A stretch of 64,000 nucleotides of DNA from an uncultured Candidatus Actinomarina sp. (GTDB lineage Bacteria; Actinomycetota; Acidimicrobiia; Actinomarinales; Actinomarinaceae). Location of the stretch: positions 919 through 64,918 of the forward strand of contig CACGVI010000003.1 in the NCBI GenBank assembly GCA_902576605.1, written 5' to 3'. Made by a program: the position numbers and the translations under genes. Of this stretch, positions 54,264 through 62,368 are shown piece by piece (the first letter of the stretch is position 1; each line of letters opens with the position of its first letter). Below the pieces are notes generated by a model. It did no database searches and had not been told where the DNA came from. It worked only from the letters and a program-made list of their open reading frames with translations.

Positions 54264-55562
54264 ATGTCCCATGAAAAAATAATTAAGTTACTATCTGAGA
54301 TGGTAGAGATAGAATCTATCAGCTCTGACAAAAACCATAGAGATGATGTTGATGCATCAGCACAATTTGTACAAAACTTGTTTGCAGATCTTGGGTTAAA
54401 TACACAAGTTATAAAAGTTGCAGGTGGAATGCCAGCTGTTGTAGCTCACACAGAAATTGATCCTTCTAAAAAAACCGTTCTTCTTTATGCTCACCACGAC
54501 GTACAACCAGTTGGGGACGTAGATTTATGGAACACTGAACCATTTGAACCTGTAGTAAAAGATGGAAGGCTGTATGGCAGAGGTTCTGGTGATAATAAAT
54601 CAGGAGTAGTCGTTCATTACAATGTTGTTAAACAACTCTTGAGTGATTTACCTGTAAATATCAAAATTTTCATCGAAGGAGAAGAAGAAATCGGATCTCC
54701 TACAATGTCAGATTTCATTGAACAGAACAGAGAAGCGTTGGAAGCTGACGTTATTGTTATTGCTGACTCAGGAAATGTAAAAATTGGCGTACCAACTATC
54801 ACAACAACATTAAGAGGTTTGGTTGATGCAATTATTGAGGTAGATCAACCAATGAGACCGATACATTCTGGTGTCGGTGGAGGAGTTGTTCCTGATGCTT
54901 TTATGGTGTTAAGTAGAATTATTGCTTCTTTTCATAACGAAAAAGGAGAGCTTATGATTGAAGGTTTAACTCCTACAGATATGCAAGTAACTGAACTAGA
55001 AGAATCATTTTTGAAAAAAATGCTTGGATCAGATGAAATAAATCTTTTTGACACAGAGAGCATTTCAAAAAGACTCTGGTTAGAACCAGCATTAGATGTA
55101 CTAGCTATTGATGCACCTCCAGTTAAGGACGCAGTAAACTTAGTCATTCCTAAAGCTAGTGCAAAAATTAGCCTTAGACTTCCCCCAACAGAAGACCCAG
55201 AGCACGCTATGAAGATGCTTGAAGAGCACGTAATGAAAAACATTCCATGGAATGCTTCTGTTAAATTTATTCCAAACTCTAAAGGCTCCGGTGTAGTTGC
55301 AGATCCTAATAAACCATTTACAACAGAATTAGTTAACAGCTTTAATTCAATCTGGGAAAATGAAACTGCTTATATTGGCGTTGGTGGCTCAATTCCCTTT
55401 GCAAATGATTTTGTTAGAGAGTTTCCTAATGCTGAACTCGTTCTTGTAGGCGCTGCTGATGAAGAACTAGGAAATGCACATGCACCAAATGAAAGTGTCC
55501 AAATTGACCATATTGAAATGCTCATAGAAAGTCTTGTACAAACTTTAAAAAATATTTCCTAA
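54264..55562 (+). CDS. M20-family metallopeptidase (dipeptidase / ArgE-DapE-CPG2-like)
   Basis: Metal-ligand blocks LLYAHHDVQP, GRGSGDNKSG, FIEGEEEIGS, and a C-terminal AHAPNE. Confidence 0.8.
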   Translation: MSHEKIIKLLSEMVEIESISSDKNHRDDVDASAQFVQNLFADLGLNTQVIKVAGGMPAVVAHTEIDPSKKTVLLYAHHDVQPVGDVDLWNTEPFEPVVKDGRLYGRGSGDNKSGVVVHYNVVKQLLSDLPVNIKIFIEGEEEIGSPTMSDFIEQNREALEADVIVIADSGNVKIGVPTITTTLRGLVDAIIEVDQPMRPIHSGVGGGVVPDAFMVLSRIIASFHNEKGELMIEGLTPTDMQVTELEESFLKKMLGSDEINLFDTESISKRLWLEPALDVLAIDAPPVKDAVNLVIPKASAKISLRLPPTEDPEHAMKMLEEHVMKNIPWNASVKFIPNSKGSGVVADPNKPFTTELVNSFNSIWENETAYIGVGGSIPFANDFVREFPNAELVLVGAADEELGNAHAPNESVQIDHIEMLIESLVQTLKNIS

Positions 55563-55760
55563 TTTAAATAGAGACATATTCATTAATAGGCAAAAAAGTA
55601 AAGCCTTTGGTCCTTGAAAAGCAGTAATTTATTGAATTTTTATACAAATTTTACAAAATTTAATACAAGCCTCATTATATTTTTGTAGAATAGCCATGTA
55701 ATTTAAGGAAGTTAAGTTACGTCAAAAATTAGGGGGAGCTTATGGAAGGTAGGTTAACCT

Positions 55761-56330
55761 ATGAAAAAATTTTTTACTCAACCAATTGGCGAGTTTTCTA
55801 GACAAAATTCATTAGTATTTTTGGTTGTAAACATTGTAGCCTTAGCTGCAAACTTTGAACTATTTAATGTAGACCCAGTAGAGAACTTGATAAATTTTCT
55901 TTGGGGATTTTCACTTTTCGGTATCGTAACTTCGGGCTATTACTTGGCAGAGGGCTATGTTCCAGAATATTGGAAAACAGCAGGTGGTGTCTTGGCTTCC
56001 GTTATATTAGTTGGAACATTTCTTGAAATGACACCTGAGTACCAAGAAACTGGTTTTTTACCTATGTATTTTTTCTGGGCCCTCAACCAATTAATTTACG
56101 GAGCTGTTCTTAGGGGTAATGGAATAGTACGCCCAGTTTTTGAAAATCTAACAATCTTAGGATCACTAATAATTGTTATTGGAACTGGTTCTGATTTATT
56201 TGGGTATGAACTTCCAGAGACACTTGATATTTTATTTTTAATCGGCTGGGTCTCTCTGATTACAGGATTAAGTTTTGGAAACTACTTTGCTTGGGGAGAC
56301 AAACTAGCATCTAGCGAAGGGGTTGAATAA
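55761..56330 (+). CDS. Cluster gene 1: six-TM membrane protein, unknown function
   Basis: 189 aa with six hydrophobic segments. First gene of a tightly packed 7-gene operon. Confidence 0.55.
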   Translation: MKKFFTQPIGEFSRQNSLVFLVVNIVALAANFELFNVDPVENLINFLWGFSLFGIVTSGYYLAEGYVPEYWKTAGGVLASVILVGTFLEMTPEYQETGFLPMYFFWALNQLIYGAVLRGNGIVRPVFENLTILGSLIIVIGTGSDLFGYELPETLDILFLIGWVSLITGLSFGNYFAWGDKLASSEGVE

Positions 56331-56332
56331 TC

Positions 56333-56656
56333 ATGTCAATTACTAACTCAAGAGAATTTACCATCAATGTTGGGAAAATTGCTGAAGCAGAAAAGTGGCT
56401 TTCTGAAGGAGCAGATTTATGGAAAGAAATTACAGGCAAAGATGCTGTAATTTACAAAGAAGGCTGGGGAGACCAGTACAAGATGTTATTTGTAACTACA
56501 TATGAATCAATGGGAGAGACTGAAGAAGTCGGAGAAAAAGTTATGACCGACAAGAGAGTAACCGATTGGTTTGAATATGGAATGACAAATGGTGATTTAA
56601 TTTCCGGTGCTGTTGATAGATTTTTTACAACCATAAAAGACACAAGAGAAGATTAA
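56333..56656 (+). CDS. Cluster gene 2: 107 aa soluble protein, probable single ferredoxin-like (dimeric alpha+beta barrel, ABM-type) domain
   Basis: Starts 2 nt after the gene 1 stop. Length and alternating pattern (FTINVGK...KMLFVTTYESMGE...) fit a beta-alpha-beta-beta-alpha-beta barrel. The fold call is an inference. Confidence 0.5.
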   Translation: MSITNSREFTINVGKIAEAEKWLSEGADLWKEITGKDAVIYKEGWGDQYKMLFVTTYESMGETEEVGEKVMTDKRVTDWFEYGMTNGDLISGAVDRFFTTIKDTRED

Positions 56657-56672
56657 AAGGAAAGAGAATATT

Positions 56673-57314
56673 ATGTATGTAAGACTTGGATTAGCAAATC
56701 CAAAAGAAGGTATGACAGAAGAGGCACTCAATTATTTTAGAGATGTAGCTATACCAGTATACGACCAAGTAAGTGGACTATTAGGAGCTGCTGCGTGTAT
56801 TAATAATGAAGGACAACTGATGGCTTGGACAACATGGGCTAATAATGATGCAAAAGAAGCAGCAATGTCTGAATTCCAGCAAAATCTTGCTGGGTTAGCC
56901 GATTATCTAGCTGAACCCCCAACTATATTTGAAGGACCAATGGTTGCTGGGCAGCAATATATTATGGTTCCAAAAGATGGTGAAAACCCATTTTTTGCAC
57001 GATTTGTACTTGGCGGCGGAACTCAAGAAGGTAAAACATATGATGATATTGCTGAGTTTATGACAAATACTGTTTATCCAGCGTATGAAAATGTTGAAGG
57101 TATATTTGCTACAGCAGCTTGTAAAGTAGATGACAACAGTGGGTTTAGTTTCAATTTTTGGACTAGCCATGATGCTGCACACGCAGCATCTGATGTAATC
57201 TCAAACGTCGTTCAAGATGCAGTAGCAAATTTAATAAAAGAAGCTCCGAAAGAGCTAACTGGAGAATGCAATGTATGGAAGAATTATGTTGACTTTCCAG
57301 TAGGAAAAATATAG
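56673..57314 (+). CDS. Cluster gene 3: tandem ABM-like (two ferredoxin-like barrel) protein
   Basis: Internal duplication: MYVRLGL...LMAWTTWANNDAKEAAMSEF and FFARFVL...SFNFWTSHDAAHAAS. The W-x-S/T-x-x-A/D-x-x-x-H pattern is ABM-like. Confidence 0.55.
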   Translation: MYVRLGLANPKEGMTEEALNYFRDVAIPVYDQVSGLLGAAACINNEGQLMAWTTWANNDAKEAAMSEFQQNLAGLADYLAEPPTIFEGPMVAGQQYIMVPKDGENPFFARFVLGGGTQEGKTYDDIAEFMTNTVYPAYENVEGIFATAACKVDDNSGFSFNFWTSHDAAHAASDVISNVVQDAVANLIKEAPKELTGECNVWKNYVDFPVGKI

Positions 57315-57324
57315 AAAGGAAATT

Positions 57325-57945
57325 ATGTTAAGTAATAAAGAGGTAAAAATAGGTTCAAGTATGGCAAGAATATTTGCATTTGCAGTTATTCCAAACTTTT
57401 TAATCCAAGCTTTTGCACTTGATCCAGCAAATCCTAATTATGATGCAACATGGGGTCCGGTAATTTCGGTACTCAATGTTGTAACTGGATTTGCTTTGTT
57501 ATTTGTATTTGCACTAACAACAAAGTTGTTTGGAGACGATAACAACCCATATGTAAGAATTACAGGATCTATTGCATTTGTTACGCAATGTATCTTTGTG
57601 CAAGACGCTTTTGCAGGACCATTAAATGAAAACAATAGTGATGCATTGTTTACAACAACAGAAATTTTGCAAACAACTGGAACCAACGGTCCGGTTTGGG
57701 CATTATTTTTAGGCATTTTTACACTATCAGTTTTAAGAAGTAGTAAAGTTAACCTTCTTCCAAGCTGGGGTGTAGGTGCTGGGTATGGCGCTGCAATACT
57801 GGTTACGGTTAATGGGGTAGGCGGAGCATTTGGACTTATTCCAGACGCAGCTAACTTGATTGTTTTAGTTTTAGGAGGAGTAATACTCTATCCCGCAACT
57901 GTGTGGGCTCTTGGGGTCTCTTTCCAAAACTCAGGAGGTGAATAA
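57325..57945 (+). CDS. Cluster gene 4: six-TM membrane protein (paralog of gene 5)
   Basis: Shares blocks with 57948..58556: NFLIQ(A/V)F(A/V)L(D/G)P...Y(D/N)(A/E)TWGPVI, LPSWG, and (I/F)PDAA. Confidence 0.55.
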   Translation: MLSNKEVKIGSSMARIFAFAVIPNFLIQAFALDPANPNYDATWGPVISVLNVVTGFALLFVFALTTKLFGDDNNPYVRITGSIAFVTQCIFVQDAFAGPLNENNSDALFTTTEILQTTGTNGPVWALFLGIFTLSVLRSSKVNLLPSWGVGAGYGAAILVTVNGVGGAFGLIPDAANLIVLVLGGVILYPATVWALGVSFQNSGGE

Positions 57946-57947
57946 TA

Positions 57948-58556
57948 TTGATAACTTCTGAAGAAAAAGAGCTTGGAAGAAGATTTGCATTAGGTGCGCT
58001 GGTATTTCTTCTAGCAAACTTTCTTATCCAAGTTTTCGTATTAGGTCCAGAAGCATCGGGCTATAACGAAACATGGGGTCCAGTAATCGGATTAATAAGC
58101 GCTTTGCAGCTAATGGCTGGAATGGGTGTTATTAGGCTGTCAGGAAAGCTTTTAGATGACAAGGATAAACCATTACTGACTGGATCAATTGGCTTAGGCT
58201 ATACGGTCTCAGCTGTAGGACTAGTAATGTCTCTAGTTCCAGCAGCAATTCATAATGCGTTTACAACCACTGCTTTATCGGCTGATATGGCTGCTGACCT
58301 TGTATTTTATGTAACGCCAGCAGTATTTTTGTTTATAGCTCCTTTTAATATACAATTTGCAAAATATGGTAAAAGTATTTTACCTTCATGGGGACCTGCA
58401 GTTGGTAATGCAGTTGGATACGGAATAATAGCAGTGACCGCTGTTTTCTTATCTGGACTGTTTCCTGATGCGGCATTTATTCCATTGCAAGTCGTCTTAG
58501 GAGTAGTATTGTCACCAGTTTGGTTCTTTGCAATATCTAAGGCATTTTCAAACTAA
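57948..58556 (+). CDS. Cluster gene 5: six-TM membrane protein (paralog of gene 4)
   Basis: TTG start 9 nt after AGGAGG. Conserved blocks as for gene 4. Confidence 0.55.
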   Translation: MITSEEKELGRRFALGALVFLLANFLIQVFVLGPEASGYNETWGPVIGLISALQLMAGMGVIRLSGKLLDDKDKPLLTGSIGLGYTVSAVGLVMSLVPAAIHNAFTTTALSADMAADLVFYVTPAVFLFIAPFNIQFAKYGKSILPSWGPAVGNAVGYGIIAVTAVFLSGLFPDAAFIPLQVVLGVVLSPVWFFAISKAFSN

Positions 58557-59201
58557 ATGTACGCAGTAGCGGTAACTATTTTATTCCAGGATGGAAAGCT
58601 TGGAGAGCTCAAAGACTTTTTTGAAAATTCAGGCTTTCCCGCTCTAGAAAAACTAAAAGGAGATATGTATTCAATTGCGTTCTTTAATCCAAAAGATAAT
58701 GTAAATCTAGGTATTGCGTTTATGAAGGATAAAGAAACTGCAGAAAAATTTGCTGAAATCAGAAATGAAAATTTATTGCAAATAAAAGACATTCTCACAA
58801 GTTTCCCAAGGGTTTATGAAGGAGAGTTAATCACTGGGAAAACTTTGCAAGACTCAGTAGTTGATAATCCCCTAGATTCATTGTTTTTAGCATTTGCAAT
58901 ATTAGATGTAAAAAATGTTGATGAGTATATGGATGTTCAAAAAGAAATTTATTTACCAAAGCTAGAACAAGACGAGGGCATTATTTCCTATGGAGCTTTT
59001 AAATCTGCAGAAAATACACTCGTTTTGTTTGAATTTTGGACTTCTCATGATGCAAAGCACAGTTTTGATGAAAAACTTAATGCTGATGAAAATATATACG
59101 AAAAATTCATGCCATTGATGGAAGGGTTCAAGGATTATTATGGTGAGCCTTATGCAATTAGGCAATTTACCGACTTTAAAGCAGGGAACTCAATTAATTA
59201 A
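58557..59201 (+). CDS. Cluster gene 6: tandem ABM-like protein (paralog of genes 3 and 7)
   Basis: The start abuts the gene 5 stop (TAAATG). Begins with MY. The second domain carries LFEFWTSHDAKHSF. Ends ...FTDF like its paralogs. Confidence 0.55.
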   Translation: MYAVAVTILFQDGKLGELKDFFENSGFPALEKLKGDMYSIAFFNPKDNVNLGIAFMKDKETAEKFAEIRNENLLQIKDILTSFPRVYEGELITGKTLQDSVVDNPLDSLFLAFAILDVKNVDEYMDVQKEIYLPKLEQDEGIISYGAFKSAENTLVLFEFWTSHDAKHSFDEKLNADENIYEKFMPLMEGFKDYYGEPYAIRQFTDFKAGNSIN

Positions 59202-59220
59202 GATAAATAGAAAGGAAATT

Positions 59221-59856
59221 ATGTACTTTAGAATAACGATTCCATCTCTTCAGGATGGAAAAAAAGACGAAGCCATATCTTTTGTTAAAGATAAAGTGAT
59301 GCCAGAGTTTGATGGCACACCTGGACTTCTAACGATGATGGCAGCTATTACAAGTGAGACCTCTGGAGTCAATTTGGCTGCTTATGAAAGTAAAGAAACT
59401 GTAGAAGCTCTAGAAGAAAAAATACAAGGAGTATTATCAGAAGCAGCTGGAATGATGGCAGCACCTCCTGTAATTTATCAAGGAGATGCAGTTTATGGTA
59501 AGGTCTACCAGACCATGGCTAAAGAGAGTACAAGACCAAGCTACTTAAGATTGGTTGTTGGTGTTGCAAAAGACACAGATGCAGTCTTAAGTTTTCTCAA
59601 AGAAAAAGTAGAACCGATTTATGAAGAGTCAGAAGGCCTTCAAGTAACTGGAGCTATTTTTGATGGAAGCAGCGCAATTAGCTGGAACTTCTGGGATTCC
59701 GAAGAGGACATGAACGCAGCTGTTGAAAAACTACAAGCAGCATTGGACAGCGAATCAGAGTCCGAACTGTTTGACGGAAGTACAGTAGCTTATATGGGAC
59801 CTGTGTATGCAGGTAAGTTATTTATTGATTTCAATGAAGGAGATACTCCAACATAA
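59221..59856 (+). CDS. Cluster gene 7: tandem ABM-like protein (paralog of genes 3 and 6)
   Basis: I prefer ATG 59221, preceded by ATAGAAAGGAAATT (the same 14 nt also precede the gene 4 ATG). Contains MYFRITIP..., PPVIYQGD and ISWNFWDSEEDMNAAVEKL. The 59140 ORF-track start overlaps gene 6. Confidence 0.55.
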   Translation: MYFRITIPSLQDGKKDEAISFVKDKVMPEFDGTPGLLTMMAAITSETSGVNLAAYESKETVEALEEKIQGVLSEAAGMMAAPPVIYQGDAVYGKVYQTMAKESTRPSYLRLVVGVAKDTDAVLSFLKEKVEPIYEESEGLQVTGAIFDGSSAISWNFWDSEEDMNAAVEKLQAALDSESESELFDGSTVAYMGPVYAGKLFIDFNEGDTPT

Positions 59857-59883
59857 AATCTTTGTGAATAGATAACGCATAGA

Positions 59884-59918
59884 AAAAAAGGGATTTTTTA
59901 TAAAATCCCTTTTTTTTG
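59884..59918 (+). terminator. Rho-independent terminator closing the 7-gene cluster
   Basis: AAAAAGGGATTTT-TTAT-AAAATCCCTTTTTTTT: a perfect 13-bp stem followed by a T-run. Confidence 0.75.
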
Positions 59919-60078
59919 TATTGAAAATATTTAGCATATTTCTATGTTTAGAAAAATAACTCCAACAAGAGTACTTCTTATTGTGCTACTTTTATATATA
60001 CTCTTTTCTGAAGATGACACGGCAAGAAGATTTAAGCAACTTCCTGAACTATTGTTAAATTATTTTTAAACTGTATTT

Positions 60079-60456
60079 ATGAATCTAAAAGACTTCTCAG
60101 GTGTTGAATATATAAATCTAATTACATACAAAAAAGATAAAACACCTATAACCACACCTGTATGGGTTGCTGACTTTTCTAATTCATTAGTTATAACAAC
60201 AAGTTTGAACGCAGGAAAAGTTAAGAGGGTTAGAAACAATGGCAAGGCAACAATTTATATTACTAACCAAAGTGGTTCTAAAAAACTATCAGAAAGCCTT
60301 GACCTTGAGGCATCACTTATTGAGGATGTAGATCTAAAAAAGCAGGCTGCAGACATAATTAGAAAAAAATATGGAGTGATAGCAAAAATGATTATGAAAG
60401 GACCCGATGAAAATAGGGCAATTATTAGATTAGAAGAAAAGGGAGGTGGAAAATGA
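60079..60456 (+). CDS. Small PPOX-class (pyridoxamine-5'-phosphate-oxidase-like split barrel, possibly F420-dependent) protein
   Basis: 125 aa. The pattern INLITYKKDKTPITTPVWVA...LVITTSLNAGKVKRVRNNGKATI resembles the PPOX/F420-dependent family common in Actinobacteria. The assignment is tentative. Confidence 0.45.
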   Translation: MNLKDFSGVEYINLITYKKDKTPITTPVWVADFSNSLVITTSLNAGKVKRVRNNGKATIYITNQSGSKKLSESLDLEASLIEDVDLKKQAADIIRKKYGVIAKMIMKGPDENRAIIRLEEKGGGK

Positions 60457-60487
60457 TGTGTCCAGAGTGCGGATGTGAAGACGAAAA

Positions 60488-62356
60488 CTAATTCAAGTTA
60501 TCTTTATGCCATTTTATGACGTGATCAAATCTTTGTTTTCTGTGATTTGGAGTTCCAGATCTAGAAAGTTCGTGACTTTCACCAGGAAATCTTAGCATTG
60601 CTGTTTTAACGCCTCTTCTTTTAAGGTTAGAAAACAGTTGCTCTGCTTGCTCAATTGGACATCTGTAGTCTTCTTGTGAATGAAGGATAAGAGTGGGAGT
60701 TTTAATATTTGATGCGTAGGTGATAGGACTTTTCTTTCTATATAGATTTATATTTTTATCCATATCATCGAGCAAATACATCTCAGGAAAACCTATTCCA
60801 ATATCAGATGTTCCCACCATTGTTTCCCAATTTAAAAGTGCTCTTTCAACAATTGCAGATTTAAACATATTTGGATGGTGACTAATAATCCAAGATGTCA
60901 TAAAACCACCATATGAGCCACCCATAATTCCGTCATTTTTATTTGTAATACCCATTACTTTTTTCATGTTTTTAAATGAAGTAAGAACATCGTGCATATC
61001 TGTTACACCCCATTTATTGCCACAAACATCTCTTAAGAAATCATGACCCCTACCACTCGAACCCCTTGGGTTACAAGCAATAACATTAAAACCCGCAGAA
61101 GCATATGTTTGAAATTCATCAAAAAAAGTAAAAGCATACTGGGTTGCAGGTCCACCATGTATGTTTAAGATTGTCGGCTTATCTTTACCTACAAAAATAC
61201 CCCAAGTATCTACTTCAGATTTGCCAGTATCAATTCTTTTATATTGACAATCCCATGTTTTAACTTTTTTAGTAAAAGAATTATTAGCTTTTGATACTTT
61301 TGTAAGTTGACCATTACTTAACTCATATATTTCATCGGGACTTGCAAATGAATTTGCTATAACATAAGTTTTTTCATCATTAAAAGCAAAATCTTTTATC
61401 GTAACTTCTGAATTTATTAGGTCGATATTGTTTGTAGCATCTCGTAATAAAGTTTTTCCCGAGTCTTCATATAAAAAGTAGAGAATAGACTCGTTTACTT
61501 CTGCTTTAACTACATTCCTATCAAACGAATGGAATTTATAAGATACTTTTCCTGAGTTTGAAATCTTTAAAATAGAAGTGTTTGTTGGCCAATCAAATCT
61601 TTTTCTCAAACCTACGGCATGAAGAGCATCTTCGTAATAGAAAAGATTTCCTATGCTACCTTTGGAGTAAATTTCTTTAATTTTTGATCCTTCTATTGCC
61701 CCAATTTTCTCTTCCAGCATGGTTCCTTTAAGATTGTATTGATCAAAAGAAAGTACAATATTTTTCTCTCTCTCAACTAAAGATGTAATGGAAATAATAT
61801 CTCTTGTGTCACCATCAATTAATTTTGTAAATTTTCTGGTTTGAATATTTACTCTATAAACGTGAGCTCTTTTGTTGTATATTACGCCTCTTGTATCATA
61901 TCTAAAAGGAAGATTTTCATAATACATTGGTTCAGAGTTTCTATCTTCAATGTTTTTAAACTCTTTGCTCCATTCACTTGTAACAACATACATTGATTTT
62001 CCATTACTACTTAAAATATAATTACTTATACCACCCTCAATTTCAAAAACAGGATCTATAGACCTGCCTTCTTGCATATAAATTGTTGACAAGGTTTTTT
62101 TTGGTCTACTTTTATCTTGAACAGACCTATTTGTTTTTATAAAAAAAATGGTATTTTCTTTATCTCCAAATTTTGGATTACTAAAGTTGCTTTTTCCTGC
62201 CTTAAAACTTTTCCACTGACCATTACTTCTTTTCCATATTTCACTTATATAGGTATTTGTTTCAAAGTCCATTCGTGTGCTTTGTACCAACAAACTGGTA
62301 CCTTTTCCAACTAGGTTCGATAATGTATAAAAAGAGTTTAAGTTTGTAGGCTTCAT
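60488..62356 (-). CDS. S9-family serine peptidase (prolyl oligopeptidase / acylaminoacyl-peptidase-like) with an N-terminal beta-propeller
   Basis: Nucleophile elbow GGSYGGFMT, with the Asp in HSQEDYRCP and the His in GESHEL forming the catalytic triad. Confidence 0.85.
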   Translation of the reverse strand: MKPTNLNSFYTLSNLVGKGTSLLVQSTRMDFETNTYISEIWKRSNGQWKSFKAGKSNFSNPKFGDKENTIFFIKTNRSVQDKSRPKKTLSTIYMQEGRSIDPVFEIEGGISNYILSSNGKSMYVVTSEWSKEFKNIEDRNSEPMYYENLPFRYDTRGVIYNKRAHVYRVNIQTRKFTKLIDGDTRDIISITSLVEREKNIVLSFDQYNLKGTMLEEKIGAIEGSKIKEIYSKGSIGNLFYYEDALHAVGLRKRFDWPTNTSILKISNSGKVSYKFHSFDRNVVKAEVNESILYFLYEDSGKTLLRDATNNIDLINSEVTIKDFAFNDEKTYVIANSFASPDEIYELSNGQLTKVSKANNSFTKKVKTWDCQYKRIDTGKSEVDTWGIFVGKDKPTILNIHGGPATQYAFTFFDEFQTYASAGFNVIACNPRGSSGRGHDFLRDVCGNKWGVTDMHDVLTSFKNMKKVMGITNKNDGIMGGSYGGFMTSWIISHHPNMFKSAIVERALLNWETMVGTSDIGIGFPEMYLLDDMDKNINLYRKKSPITYASNIKTPTLILHSQEDYRCPIEQAEQLFSNLKRRGVKTAMLRFPGESHELSRSGTPNHRKQRFDHVIKWHKDNLN

Positions 62357-62368
62357 GTACTATTAATT

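Noticed and set aside
59140-59220. Upstream extension of cluster gene 7
   Set aside because: It overlaps gene 6. ATG 59221 has the ATAGAAAGGAAATT SD context and gives the MY... N-terminus shared with the paralogs.
57311-59223. An identical 17-mer ATAGAAAGGAAATTATG at the starts of cluster genes 4 and 7, considered as evidence of a recent segmental duplication
   Set aside because: The same AGAAAGGAAATTATG context also precedes the unrelated BtuF-like gene (16668), and a near-copy precedes the 6088 mini-ORF. It is therefore the preferred SD-plus-spacer of this genome rather than a duplication scar.
59944-60069. 41-codon ORF (MFRKITPTRVLLIVLLLYILFSEDD...) between the cluster terminator and the PPOX-like gene
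   Set aside because: It is plausible as a small membrane peptide, but there is no SD and no supporting feature. I do not call it.
60453-60491. 12-codon ORF MMCPECGCEDEN, overlapping the PPOX-like stop and preceded by GGGAGGTGG
   Set aside because: It is too short to support. The SD-like string is simply the Gly-Gly-Gly-Lys codons of the upstream gene, and the ORF overlaps the convergent peptidase stop. I note it only as a curiosity.
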